A model generated the notes under the pieces. It had not been told where the DNA came from and searched no databases. It saw nothing but the letters and a program-made list of their open reading frames with translations. 64,000 bases of DNA from Vicugna vicugna (lineage: Eukaryota), in NCBI GenBank assembly GCA_013265495.1, contig MU057521.1:1376335-1440334 (forward strand), read 5' to 3'. Shown here piece after piece: positions 12,404-25,214 of the stretch (positions within the stretch are counted from its first letter, which is position 1; every line of letters starts with the position of its first letter). Position numbers and translations under genes: made by a program.

Positions 12404-13489
12404 ACTTCTTTTCACAGTGGGACTCCCAGTGTCAGGGCCCAGAGCCGTCGTTTGCTCTGTGGGCCACCGTGTCTGACAAGGCTTTACAGAATGCAGTGGT
12501 CACACTTCTAGGGAGCACATTCACCCATGGAAACTGTGAGTTTTGTGTTTTATATGCTGGTATAAATGTCTGTATTTGGTTGGAAACGTGGAATGTTTTT
12601 CTACTGATATTTTCTGATTTCGTTATTTTCTGTATTAATAACGTGATGATGATAATGAGGTGCTGGGAGAGGGAAAACTTGAAAACAAACTCCAAATGCC
12701 ACCATCTTCTGTGTCTGGAAATGGAGGGAGCAGGCGGCCTGGGATGGATCTGGATATCCTGGGAAGGGTTGTTTGGTCTCACGAACGTAAGGCCACTTGG
12801 TGTCTGTTGGCTGGAGCAGGTCAGGGTCATTTGTGCCCTGACAGTTGTGCTCCACCGTTGCCCTTGGTCTGCAGAACTAGTGCTGGGAGGCAAGGAAGGC
12901 AAGACTGCGGGGAAGCCCTGCAGCATCCTGGGAGGCTCAACACTCGGGAGGATGAATTAGGAGCACCCAAGGGAAGTCCTCTGGGAGAAGGGACACCAGG
13001 GGTTCCAAAGGGGCATTGGCCTGATGGTGAAGAGTTGGGGCTGGAGAAGCAGACGGTCCGGTAGGCCCAGTCACCTCCGAGTCAGCTCCCGAGCCAGTGG
13101 CTGAGTGTGAGCAAGGTAAGTCCAATGCTCCCTCTGGAGACTCCCCACCCCCTCAGCAGCACGCAGTTGTCTGTATGTGTGGAACAGTGCTCAACAGTGA
13201 CCAGAGGCCGTGACAGACCATGACTGAGCTCACTAGCCTTTATCATCCTCTCTGGGGTATTTGGAAGAATGTTTCCTCTTTGGACCAAATAAGACCTTGA
13301 GGTTCTTGGATGCCTGAAGGCAAGGTGGGGCTTTATATGTCAGCAATTTGACATATGGGGTCTCCAGCAACTAATAGGAAAAAGAAAAGAGGTGGAGCTG
13401 TATTTTATACTTGCAGCTGGTGAAGCAGACATGCAGAGATAAACAAATGATGGAAAAGAGGAGTCAGGACATTATGGACTTGTCCACAG

Positions 13490-13690
13490 CTACCTCCCAA
13501 AAAGACCAGAGTCTTTCACGTGGAATCCATGGCCCCCAGCCCTCCAGGCTCACCTCACACTACCCTCCCCCATTCCAGCTGCACTGGTCTCTCCTGCACG
13601 CCCACCTCCTCCCTCAGGGCCTTTGCACATGCTGTTTTCTCTGCCTGCAGCATTCTGCCACCAGTTCTTCCCCTGGTCCTGACTTCTTCC
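13490..13690 (+). mobile_element. L2 fragment
   Basis: ctcagggcctttgcacatgctgttttctctgcctg is a typical L2 motif. Confidence 0.7.
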
Positions 13691-15322
13691 CTCTGAGATA
13701 GACTGGGATGGTTTGAGTAGCTCTTTTTTTAACCAATCAGAAAACAAGGACACTCTAGACAGGGAGATACCATGACCTGGAGCAAGGTCACTGATGAGAA
13801 TATGTCAGAAGCAGAGAGTCTTCTCTCTCTTTCTGTATCTGCCCCTGTCCATCCGCCCCCACTGTTCCTCTCCAACTGACCTCTTCCCTGTTCCCTAATT
13901 CTGTGTCCTTTTCTCTCTTCCTGGTGTTCAAGCCAGTCTCTGACTCTCTGCCTCTTCCCCCAGGTACATGGTCCACTTCCCCCTTTCCATCCTTCCCTGT
14001 TGGTCCCACATTCCTTATTGTTCCTTCAATGACTGCTTTGTTCCTCCCTGCCTCCTGGGCCCTCAGAGCCTCCCCTGCAGTGTCCTCAGGTCCTATGTCC
14101 AAACCCTGCTCATGTGGCCCTCTGCCAGGCCCTCCATTTCCCTCCCTCACCCCAGGGCCCCCGGCTACCGAGGGTGTTGTGGTGAGGTCTTCTTGCTGGA
14201 GCTAAACCTTTAACCATCCACTCTCTTAGAACTTGGCTTTTTCTTGGAAATTACCATTCCTCTTGCTCCAGTGAGCCTTCTGCTTTCACGCCAAGGCAAA
14301 GTCCAGATTCCGTCTTCTTAGGAAGGACCCCTGAGACACAAAGGGCAGGGTTTGGACTCAGATCTCATCATTTCAACCTCTGGCTGCATGTGTGGATCTG
14401 GACCCCTGCGTTTTAAATGGTTTTCTGAACCTGTACGCCCTGCTCTGTGGTAGTTGAAACCAACGACTCTTTCTGACCGCCTCCAAGTCAAGCTTGCACA
14501 GAGGTTTCAGAGACAAGGAACCCACTCTGGTGAAATCAGGTCAGTTCAGGGAGGGATCTCAAAAACTCAGGGGAAATTGAACCTCAGATGTTGGAAGGAC
14601 AGGAACCAGGCAGCTCCTCTGTTCTTGCTCCCTCATGTCCCCCCTCTCTCAGGCTGTTTCTCTCCATCTCCCCTGTGTGTTGCATGTAATGGCTGCTCCG
14701 TTCCCAAATCTTCAGCTCCCAAATCCTTTCCTTTCCAGTGTCCACCACCCAGTGGCCCTATGTATGTGTGTGTATATGTATATGTGTACAAGTATAGATA
14801 AACTTTATAGATATAAACTGTATCCGGTTTATACATAAGACAGTCCCAAATTCTAAGAGATAGACTCTGGTTATCTCAACATAACTTTCAAGCAAGACTA
14901 CCATTCGTGGGACCCGTGGATCAGTCTAGTCAGTGGCCAAGGAGGGCCACTATCATCAGACAAGGCCACTTGGGACAGAAATCAGACCTGTGGGCAGGAA
15001 TTTGTCCAGAGAAGGATGAAGGAGGGTAGACCCCTGAGCCACCCTGAGGTCTGATAACAAGTGCAAACACAGTGAGGACAAGATCATTATAGGACTTTTA
15101 TTCTCTTCCAATTCCCATTCTGTCAGTAATGACTCAAGAAAAGATACATCTTCCTGGATGGGAGACACGATTTAAGGTTCTGCTCTGAGGACATTGGTGG
15201 AAATATGGGTCTATTTAGATAAGAGTTCTTTGTGTGCCTTCCTTTTTAAAGTAAGCATTTTTATTAAGCCAGGGTTGGCTATGGTTCAGAACGGGAAGGA
15301 AGGCTAGAGCAGTAATTCCTGA

Positions 15323-15818
15323 CAATATATGACTCAGCGGTAAAAAAAAAAGAAGGAAAACCTGCTGTTTGTGACACATGGATGGACCTTGAGGGCATCA
15401 TGCTAACTGAAACAAGTCAGACAGAGAAAGACAAATATGTATGACCTCACATGTGGAATCTAAAGAAGCCAAAACCATAGATACAGGGAGCAGCATGGTG
15501 GTTAGCAAAGGCTGGGGGTGGGAGAAACGGGGTGATGTTTGTCAAAGGGTACAAGCTCCTAGTTATAAGAGAAATGAATTCCAGAGATCTAATGTACAGC
15601 ATGGTGATTATAGTTAATGATACTGCACTAAATATTTAAAAGTTGCGAAGAAAGTAAATCTTAAATGTTCTCACTACCAAAAAGTAATTGTGTGAGGTGA
15701 CGCAGGTGTATCATGGTAATCATTTCATAATATATACATGTATCAAACCATCACGTTGTATGCCTTAAACTTACATAATGTTACATGTCAGTTGTATCTC
15801 AATAAATCTAGGGGAAAA
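15323..15818 (+). mobile_element. L1MA-type 3' end (L1MA9-like)
   Basis: atggatggaccttgagggcatcatgctaactgaaacaagtcagacagagaaagacaaata...tctcaataaa. Confidence 0.85.
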
Positions 15819-15934
15819 TAACTCTTTTTTTTTAAATTAGCATGCATTAACACTTTATTGCTTGGGAAAAAAAAAAAACCTTTATTGCTTGAGCTAAGCT
15901 TTACAATTCTGAAACCTTAAACTCTGGAAAAGAC

Positions 15935-16407
15935 AATTGTGAAAACCTTTGTAGAGGTAAGGACTGTCTTTTCAAGGACATTTATAGAGGAAACCGTCTT
16001 GGAAGACAGAGAGAGTGTCTCCCTCCAGGGTAGAGGGCAGATTTGCTTGTTGCCCAGGGTAGTAAAGATGTCTCCCTCCAGGGCAAAAATTGGGCAGATT
16101 TGCTAGCAGTCCCTTATAAAGTCGAGGGCTCACTAAGCTCAGGGTTCCTCATCTGGGGAATGAATCCACCATGTGTACCCTGTAGACCTAGGACCACCTC
16201 CTTATCGCCTCTTCAGAATTTGGAGGGAGTGGGAAGCACAACTGATGTAAATGCAAAGCTCATGTTGTCCGACGTGCTGTGAGTAATTAAGTCCTCTGTC
16301 TCGGACCCAGGAGTCTGTGTCTTCTGCCGGCATCCACGAAACTGTGACAGGCTAAATCATTAGTCTGTAAGCAGGGTAAAATCTCAGACCTTTCACAGTT
16401 CTTGACA
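15935..16407 (+). mobile_element. MER21-like ERV LTR
   Basis: Internal duplicated tgtctccctccaggg..gggcagatttgct units and 3' end gggtaaaatctcagacctttcacagttcttgaca. Confidence 0.7.
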
Positions 16408-16548
16408 GGGTGTGGATGTATAATTTCATGAGACAGAGGTGGGTATCCAATCTGCAGAATATCCTCAATTTACTCCTTCAGCTCCACTCTGCATTCCTTT
16501 GTCTTGCTCTGCCCTGGGAGGCCAGGAGACTGATCTGCCAAAAAAGAA

Positions 16549-16770
16549 TTTTTTTTTTTAATTGAAGTACAGTCGGTTGCAATATGTCAATTCCTGGTGT
16601 GCAGCACAATGTCCCAGTCATGCATACACATACGTATATTCCTTTTCTTGTTCTTTTTCACTAGAGGTTACTATGAGATATTGAGATAGTTCCCTGTGCT
16701 TTGTGGAAGTTGGTTTTTTTATCCGTTTTATATATAGTAATTAATATTTGCAAATCTCAAACTCTGAACT
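16549..16770 (-). mobile_element. Young lineage-specific L1 3' end, 5'-truncated
   Basis: Poly(T) then aattgaagtacagtc...; same family as 46200-46985, 51420-52160 and 30495-30585. Confidence 0.8.
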
Positions 16771-17129
16771 GAAAAATAATTCTTGATAAAAGAAACAAAC
16801 CTTAGGCCCCATAGGAGTTGACATGTCAGGGCTAGGGCGTGGCGTGACAGCTGAGCCAGGGGCCTGAAGCTCTGAGCAGGATCCTTGCCTTATGCTGAGC
16901 TGTCATTTGTCACTGAGCCCCGGGCTCTCGCACTGACAGCAGCCTCTGCTCTTGACCTTCAATTCCTGCTTGTAAAAAAATCCACATGTGGCTGCCCACG
17001 GGGAGGAAGCAACTGCGGCCATGACTGACCAGCCTGTTATAGGAAGACAGAAATATGAGTTTGGCTCAAAGTATAGGGAGCCTCACCTCGCATTGGTCAC
17101 AGGTAACACTTGGGCAAAATAACTACTGT

Positions 17130-17310
17130 TGAAGCGGCCTGCAAAGTTATTTACATATGTATTACCCCATTTAATCATCACAGCAAATCCGTGAGGTGAC
17201 TGCTGTTGTCTTTCAAAAGAGGAAATAGGATCTGCGAGGTCAATGAACTCCCACAAGCTTACAAAGCTAGTTTGTGGGGTTTGCAGCCAAGCCCCAAAGT
17301 TTGCATTCCT
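17130..17310 (-). mobile_element. MIR
   Basis: catttaatcatcacagcaaatccgtgaggt...cccacaagcttacaaagctagt. Confidence 0.6.
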
Positions 17311-18126
17311 ACCCACTGTTAGAATGACTTTGTGGATTGTGGTCGTGTTTATATCCGCTGTGCTTTGATTCTTCTAAGGTATTCTGTTTTCAGCTATAGC
17401 AAAATGATGTACACTAGAGTGGAACTGATGTGGTGGAGGAAGTCAATGATGGGAATACTTTTTTTTAACCCCCCAAGCCCTCTCATTATAATTAGATTCC
17501 CAAGTTCAATAGGCAGAACCCTAAAATTTTGCATTAGACATTTTATATCCTAAGCATACAGTCTCTTGGCCCTATGCCTCCAAAGAGATTCCATTCTGTG
17601 AGTAAGACAATACTGCTTATCCTTTTTAGCACCTCAGGCAGGTGTAGATTCATGTGCAATGAGAAGGATGAGCACCCCCGCTCATGGTGGCTCTGGGCAC
17701 TTGCCTGTCATTGCATCCACTGGATGTATGCTGGAGCACCCCCACAGATCTGTGTCGATGACTGTATATTCAACACAGCATTTATTAAAAAGGAACAGCC
17801 CCCACAGCATGGTTGAGAGGTCTTTAAAGCCAAGTAGACAAATGCAAACTCAGCGGTTACTTAGTACTTCATGTCTGGGCATCCGTGGACCATATGGACA
17901 GTGAGCAGATGTCCATGGGATGGAAGACATCTTCCAGAGGGAAATGTTCTCCAGGAGCACTCTGTCCCCTGCTCAGACAGAACAAAGCAGCTATAGCCCC
18001 ACATCTGGGCTAGATATTTGAAGTGTGAAGGATCTGCCCACCTTCCCCACACTTGTTTGCATCAAGAGTGTTAATGAAAGCTTTTACAACATCAGCATGA
18101 TACTTAGGAAGTCACAAAATGACTGG

Positions 18127-18730
18127 TTTTTAAATCAGTTTTATTGAGTCAGTATAATTTAGTACATGCAGTAAAATTCACCTTTTCCAGGACTGCCGGT
18201 CTATGAATTCTAACAAACCCATATAGTCATGTAACCAGCACCATAATCAAGACAGAGCGTTTCCATCTTTGCGGAAGTTCCCTCTCGCTCCTTTGTAGTG
18301 AATCGCTCTCCACCCCCAGTCCCTGGCACCCACGGATCTGTTCTCTGTCCCTCGAATTTTGCTTTTTCCACAAAAAATGGAATTGGTGTGTAGGCCCCAT
18401 CCGGCCACTTTCACTGGGTACCATGGTGGTTTTTGCGTGTGTCAATAATTTGCTCCTTTCTATTGTTGAGTAGTATCCTTTTGCCTTGGATGTAGTATAT
18501 AATTTATCTGTTCACCAGTTGAGTGGCATTTGGGTTTTTTCTGGTCTGGGGTCGTTATAAATACAACTGCTATACGTCTTTACATACAGCTTTTTGTGTG
18601 GATGTCTTGCACTTCTCTTGAGTAAATACCTAAGAGTGGGATTGCTGGACTGTGCAGTAAGTGTATGTTTACACCAGGGCAACGCATGAGAGGTCCAGCT
18701 GCTCCCCTTCTTTGTCAACCCTTGGTGCTG
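18127..18730 (-). mobile_element. L1MB/L1MC 3' fragment
   Basis: Typical old-L1 3'UTR and ORF2 end (ttgagtaaatacctaagagtgggattgctgga). Confidence 0.8.
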
Positions 18731-19939
18731 TCCATAGACTGACTCTAAAAACAGTTTAAAGTCATTACTAACAATGAGCAGAGTTTGTTTTGTTTTGTTT
18801 TCTACAAGCAAGGCTTCTCTCCAAAGAAGTTAATAGTGAGATAAATTATTTTCTGGGTCATTGCATTAAGTATGGCTTTTCCCTCTTTATCATATAATTC
18901 AAACTCTTACAACCAACATCCTTGATACCTAAGCAGTAAGTAGGTTCACAATTGATTTTGTGTTCAAGGGGTATTTTTAAACACTCAAGTGAAGTTGCAT
19001 TTTCATTAAAAGGAAGCTTCCAACTTCCTTAATGCTATTTTGAAAAGAATGTGAAGATTCCTGTGCTCTGGGGAAAACCAAAACCATAATTAGAACAACG
19101 GTAACCTTGGACTGTTCTCATTTCTCTTGCAGGAAATGGCTTTTTTTTTAAATTTTGCCATCTATATTGATACATACGGACAATCAGCTTCTAGAACTCT
19201 CACAACCAGTTTAGAATACATATTGAGTGGCCCCCAATTTGCCTCTAATTCTCCTCACTGCCCAAGCCAACTGATTTTTTTTCCCTGTCAATCCAGGCAT
19301 GCTACAAACTAATTTTAAATAATTAGCATTAGTCCAAAGGGAACATAATTAAAGAATCGACTGTAATCAAAGTAATTATACAAACCAGTATCAAGACAAA
19401 GACTCACAGCTTGAAATACTTACCATCTTCGGAGCATACATGGGGTGGTTCTTCGTCACCCAGGGAAATTGAGAGTAACGTGAGGTGTGTCAGCCACAGG
19501 GTGACAGGGAAACACATGGAGAGCCACCGAGGCGGGACTCTCCCTCTCTCCCTGGCCACAGTTCACAAACCAAGCGAACGGTATTGGTAAAGTCAGCACC
19601 TTACAATTAAAACAAGGAGGCTTCTTTCTGTAAAGACTTTAACTAATTGTCCCTGGTAGAATTGTTGAATGTTTGAATCATTATGTAGACGAAGGGCTAC
19701 TGGGCTAGTCTCGCTAGAATGGCCTCTACGTGGGCACGTTGTCTTCAGGGACCAAAGGCTGTCCCACAAATTGTCAGTCAGGTTCTGACTCCGAACTACT
19801 GAAGCCCTGTAGAAGGTGAAAGTTTCACATGTGGCTGTAGCCCTCACAATATCCCTCAGAAGTCCAGCAGAATTACTTGTTTCCTCAGCAACAGATCCCC
19901 CCAAAAGAGGGCAGTATGGGGAGGGAGTGGAACTCACAT

Positions 19940-20165
19940 TGGTTTAGCAGCTACTATGTGTAGGTAATTTGTGCTGGAGTCTGTTTCATGAATTTTCAGA
20001 TTTCATTCTACCAACCACCTCGTGAGGAAAGTTTTATCTCCTGTAACTACTTATAGCTGGGAAACTGAGGCTCAGCAAGGTTGATTAACTTACTCATGTT
20101 GCTAAGTAAGTGATCAAACTCAGTCCCACCAGATCTGACTCCAAAACATATTCTTTTCCCACCAC
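19940..20165 (-). mobile_element. MIR
   Basis: gggaaactgaggctcagcaaggttgattaacttactc core. Confidence 0.75.
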
Positions 20166-20239
20166 CCCACGACTGCCTCCCCAAAGACCTGACAGCACCC
20201 CTTAAAAGTCCTGCCCTCACTTGGGATCCCAGGAGCACA

Positions 20240-20403
20240 CAGGGTGCCCGGTTAAATTTTCAGATAACAACTAATACATTATTAGTATTTGTATGTCCCA
20301 AAGATTGCATGGGGCTTGAAGATTCTAAAAATGATCCCTTGTTTATCTGAAATGCAAATTTAACTGGGCATCCTACATTTCTGTTTGCTAAATCTAGCCA
20401 CCC
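20240..20403. mobile_element. MER53 palindromic hAT MITE
   Basis: Inverted arms gtgcccggttaaattttcagataacaa / ttgtttatctgaaatgcaaatttaactgggcatc around tatgtccca..tgggg. Confidence 0.8.
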
Positions 20404-21174
20404 CGACCCTAACTGATGCCGTCATGGAGATACCAGTATTCTGCGGTCACTTTCATATTATATCATTGCAAAAAGATTTCTTCCTGTTGTGTATTTTGGG
20501 TGATGGAGTGAGGAGGAAGGGCAGTAAGGGAGCCCTCTGAGCATGATCACGTGTGGGAAATTAACAAGCATTTCCCTCCTTAAGGATCATGGAACTATAA
20601 TCAGGGCAAGAAAATGCCCCGCTGGCCGAGTGGATTGCTGCGATCCCCACGTGCCTCGTTTAGAGCTGTGCAAAGTTTGTTTTTGTGGCGTCCTAGCCCA
20701 TGAGCAGTGTTGGGAAATGCTGCATTCAGCACCCCCTGGGCGAGTTCTGGAGCACATTAGATCACAGCCAGTCCTAAGAAAGCCTACAGGAAAGGCTGCC
20801 ATTAACTTTCTGGAATTGAGAGCTTGTCAGTCTCTGTGAATAGAACAGTTGGAGCCCCTGCCTGTGGCATGAGTGGAAACTCAGTCCTTCCTCAGGTTCT
20901 GAGTGTTTCTGAAAATCCTCAAGGAAAACGTTTATATGTTCCTTTTTATTTTAGGGGGATGGGTCTCAGAATGGAGTTGAGTCAGTGGTACAGTCTATAA
21001 ATCCTTAGAGGTATCAGCTCTCTGGCCTGGACTGTCTCCATCTACACCACCACTTGCCACCTCATCACCTCCTTGCCCAGGCTGCTGGGCTCTCCCATAC
21101 TGTGCATAGACACCAGTCTGCTCCTTAATTTTCCAGCATAGAAAAGACAATCAGTCTTGGAAACCAGATGACTC

Positions 21175-21592
21175 CTAGTGTGCTAGTAGGCATCTAACAA
21201 CTGGCTGGAGGGGGCTGATTCCTAGTTGTCGCACTTCCCGTGATGTGAATCCCACCGTGGTCAATTTTGGGCTGCCAGCTGTGATGTCACTGAATGGGAG
21301 CTGGGAAGACATGTACAGTGGCACACACTGTATAACCCTGTGTAGTATTTCCACCAGCCAACACATTGGACAACAGAAATACAGATGATGGAAATCTAGT
21401 AAAATAATTATCAAGTGATGAGCTTGAGTGCTTGAGTAGTTAACTTTGTTTTTAATATCACATATTTAATTACAAGTTTATATAGTTTAATTTTTAATGA
21501 TGGTAATGGTTATCAGTCAGCTTGCAAAATTTCGGAGAAGTTTACAATCATCTTTTGCAAGTCCACGCAGCCAGCTCCAGCACACACGCCAG
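21175..21592 (-). mobile_element. MER63-like hAT element
   Basis: TIR-like ends gtgtgctagtagg... / ...ccagctccagcacac; internal sequence matches the recalled MER63B consensus. Confidence 0.75.
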
Positions 21593-22092
21593 TGCAGCTT
21601 CAGGGTGACTTTCCCCTTCGCCTTCAGCCGGGCTCCATACTGTATGGCCTGTAGTTCCCACCCACACCTCCCTACATCCACTTCTCCCACCTCCACCTCA
21701 GGCAAAGGAATACACTTGGAACCATTTTTGCCCTACCCAAAATCCAGGCCCAACTGCTTCCCCTAGAAACAGTCAGTGAAGACAGATTTTTATATTATCA
21801 GAGTTTTTTTTTTATTTTTTATTTTGAGTCACCCTATCTCATAACAGGGTATTTGCTTTACTTTGCATAAGTGAAAGAACAATCAGTGTATTCTCCCCAA
21901 AGCAAAAGAATCCTATGCTCCAAAGATGACTTTTGGCCTCTAGATGGAAGCTAGCACAATGGAGAACCAGGTGCCAGGAAAAAGAAGGGGGGACTTTAGG
22001 ACTTAGATGGGGCCCCAGATCTCTCACTCAGGGATCCCTGTACTCAGTTGCTATGGAAGAAAGGCTCTTCCCTTACAGGTGGCCTATGGGGG

Positions 22093-22167
22093 TGTTGTAG
22101 GTTGAATTGTGTCCCTGTCGAAATATGTTGAAGTCCTAACCTCTGGCACCTGTAAGTGTGACCTTAG
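22093..22167 (+). mobile_element. MLT1 LTR 5' fragment
   Basis: tgttgtaggttgaattgtgtccc...atatgttgaagtcctaacc...tgtgacctta. Confidence 0.7.
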
Positions 22168-23077
22168 TGTTAGGGGGCAATCTTGTAACTCAGGCAACTG
22201 TGAATCCACCTCTACGCCAAAGGTTTGTCATTAACCATGGACAGCCCTCTCCACTCCAACCCCACCCATACCTCCCAGATAAATCACTTTCCAGGTAAGG
22301 ACTTCAGAGTTCCAGAAGTTTTAGGATTTGAAATAGTTTACCTTGGAATTCTTAATTCAGTTAGATTTTTGTCTCATAGCAGATGTTATATAAATATTTG
22401 ATAATTGAAGATATTCTCAATTTGCATAAATGTTTACACCATATTAAAGGAGATGAGAAGAGAAATGATATAATTACTGCAAGCTAATTGTACTAATTAC
22501 TCAGAGCATGACATATTCAGTGGTTTCCAAGGAGCAGAGAGAGGCCCCAAGTGCTGAGCTCTGAGGACTCAGGGTGCACAGGGGACCCAGCACAGGATGT
22601 GTGAGGTTGGGGAGCAACCAGGGTCCTTCACTGACAAATTCAGGAGGCAGCAGTACAGCTGAGATCTTCTTGGTCCCAGCTTCCGGGCCTGTCCCTGCAT
22701 CTTTTCTTCTGGTTCCTTCATCCACAGCTTCCTGCCCACAGGCTTGCTTGTCTGCCCAGTCGTCCCCTGCGTCCAAACCAGGTGGTGGGACCCACTACCC
22801 CTGGAGTCCTAGGAGAGATGGAACTCCTGAGCTGGCCTGAACTCAAAGGAGGTGGTTTTCCAGAAGCCATGTGGCATCTCCCAACCCTGGCCACCCTTAC
22901 CTGCCACCACTGTGCGTGGCAGCCCAGGTGTTTCCCACACTCAGCTTCTCTGCAGGGTTTTGCCTGGTGGGTTCTTTCTTACTGCCTCTGAAAGTCTTAA
23001 GTCCAAGTCACCTGGGAACCATTAGCAGAAAAAGAATTCTTCCAGAAGTCTGGCCTTAAGTAGCTAAACCTGGGTTA

Positions 23078-23440
23078 GCGTGCCCGCTGCAAGTTGTTAC
23101 GTAACTCACGGGCCCTAATGAAGCCTCCCCGCAGGCGGTGTGTAGGCGGGGTCGTCTCCTCCCTCATTGGCGCGGGCCTGGACCACGTGACTTGCCTCGG
23201 CCAATGTGCGCCGGCCGCGTGACCCAAGCAGAGGCTTGATAAACCTCACGTAGCGCCCGGGGCTTGCCCCGTGGAACGCTGCCGTCGCTGAGGGGGAAGC
23301 CGTGGCTCTTCTGCTGGAAGGGAAGTGCGGCGCCTGGCTGCGCGGCGGGACGTGCAGACGAGGCCTTCTTAGACCCCGCAGCCTCGTGAGGACCCCGCAG
23401 GAGACTGTCCAGCTGAGCCCAGACGGTGAGCAAATCCCGG
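23078..23440 (+). promoter_or_regulatory. Orphan CpG-rich promoter-like element
   Basis: Dense CpG. GTTACGTAAC 23096-23105, GC box 23145-23151, ATTGG 23166-23170, CACGTGAC 23184-23191, CCAAT 23201-23205. Confidence 0.6.
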
Positions 23441-23500
23441 TGGCTGTTTTAAGCTGATAAAATTTCAGGGTTTTTGTTACTCAGTGATAGATGGTTAAAC
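23290..23500 (+). mobile_element. MLT1-type LTR 3' half
   Basis: cagctgagcccagacggtgagcaaat...tgttttaagctgataaaatttcagggtttttgttactcagtgatagatggttaaac resembles the MLT1 3' terminus. Confidence 0.65.
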
Positions 23501-23529
23501 GCTGCCTTTGGTTAGCAGAATATCTTTTC

Positions 23530-23900
23530 TTTCATTCACTCAAGACAAAGCTTCCTGAGCACCTGCTGTGCCTCTCGGTCAGTGACAGGCAGTAGGGATG
23601 CAAAGATGAACACAGACGGGTCTTTCCTTCATGCAGCTCAAGGTCCCAGGACAGAATACGTGTTATCCTGGTCTGGACACGGAGAAGAGGTTCATGGTGA
23701 AGGTGGCATTTCCTTCCTTTATCCTCTATCCCTCTCTCTCTTCCCTTTTTTTCTTGCGTTAAGATGAGTATTTAGTGAGCTTCTCCTGTGCTCCAGGTTC
23801 TGTGCCAAGCACAGCAGTGAACACAGGAGATGGCCCCACGGAACCACCGGCATTCTTGATAGACGCTTCCATTCCAGGCCTTGGCTTAGTCCTGGAAGGT
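23530..23900 (-). mobile_element. L2 3' fragments
   Basis: ttcattcactcaa..tcctgagcacctgctgtgcc and tatttagtgagcttctcctgtgctccagg. Confidence 0.55.
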
Positions 23901-24129
23901 GACACGTGCCCGCCTTGCCCCAACAGAGGGAGGGCGGGAGACAGAAGGCATAACGTTGTCTCCATAATAAATGCCTTTAAGCAAGGCAGCCATTTAATGT
24001 TCTTCATATCCAGGTGGTTTAAGCAAAGAGGTTGGAAATTGGGATCTTGGCAAGAGTGGCTGCTCCAGGCCTCTCTGTGCGCTGGATGCGGGTGGTCTGT
24101 GGGCAGCGGGAGAGGGTGGGCTACGATGC

Positions 24130-24408
24130 AGCCTTGATGAAGACTTCAGCTAATCCTGTGGGGGCCTCAGAGACTGGCGTGGCCCTTCAGAGTTGTCTCC
24201 AGTCTCACTGAAGGCACAAAGCCTTTGTACTTCTGGGTCAACCCTTCACTGGCTGCCCAGGAGGTGGGGTTAATCTGGGCAAAACAGTTGCCTTCACATT
24301 CCTGGAGACGACAGCTGAAGGCCATCTGCTGGCAACCTTGCCGGCAGCTGACTAACTAGGTCCTTTATTCCTGAAGCGGGGCTGGGTGGGGTATCTGGCA
24401 TCCACCAC
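24130..24408 (-). mobile_element. ERVL LTR (LTR16-like)
   Basis: ggtcctttattcctgaagcggggctgggt...gcatccaccaca terminus. Confidence 0.45.
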
Positions 24409-25214
24409 AGAGAAGGAACAGGATCTGTCCTCAAGAAGACAGGAACATTACTGGTCATTGCTAAACTCTGCCTACCATTCCTTTTGGGGAGGGAGATGTC
24501 CAATTCTTCCAGATATAAACCTCCTATCTCCTAGAGTGCTCTCCCGTTTGACCTTCTCAGGTTAGAGTTGATGGTGATAGTGATGACACAGGTGATGCTG
24601 TAGGTGCAGGAGATATCATTTTATGAGATAAAGCTCAGTCCTTCATTTAAAAAGACCTACATTCTTAACCTGCACGTAATCAGTGCTCGATGATACTTGC
24701 TGACCGAGAGTTGGAATTGATGGACACGTTTTGGTCAACATGCTCACTACGTGTCAGGGACACTTTAGGTTTCAGGTCGAGGTACCCACACTGGCAACGT
24801 GGGGCCGGTCACCGTGTCAGGTCCTGGCCTCGTGGCTTAGCTGTAAGCTAGGTAACCTGGGGTTAAGGAGCCAATCTCTGGTGGCTCATGGAAGGGGCTG
24901 TGGGACTCGATGTTTGCAGGGATCTAGGCAAGAGAACCCAGGAGGTAGGTTAGTGCAAAGAAATGTTCTTTGTGAGAGTCAGGAAAGATTTTTCTTCTCT
25001 CTGGTCTCCACAAACTGGAACTACATAACAGTGTCGTTTCACACTGGATAAAATAATGCATTCTTGTTCCCTCAACCAAATATACTGTTGGGGCTAGTAT
25101 ATGTCCAAGTTCCCATCCTGTACACTAAAACAACCCCTTTATCTCATCAAATACAAAAACAAATATAGACTTTTCACACTAGTCACTGTAAAGCACCCAT
25201 TAAAATAAATAACT

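Larger units (their letters stand above)
7389..12415 (+). other. TNFRSF11A: Probable long 3'UTR of TNFRSF11A (end uncertain)
   Basis: Follows the stop codon. AATAAA at 8576, 9476, 12308 and 12398; the last is followed by a CA and GT-rich sequence. The endpoint is inferred. Confidence 0.45.

Noticed and set aside
12432..13125. Overlapping ORFs of 134-164 aa on both strands
   Set aside because: No recognisable domain, non-ATG starts, consistent with chance.
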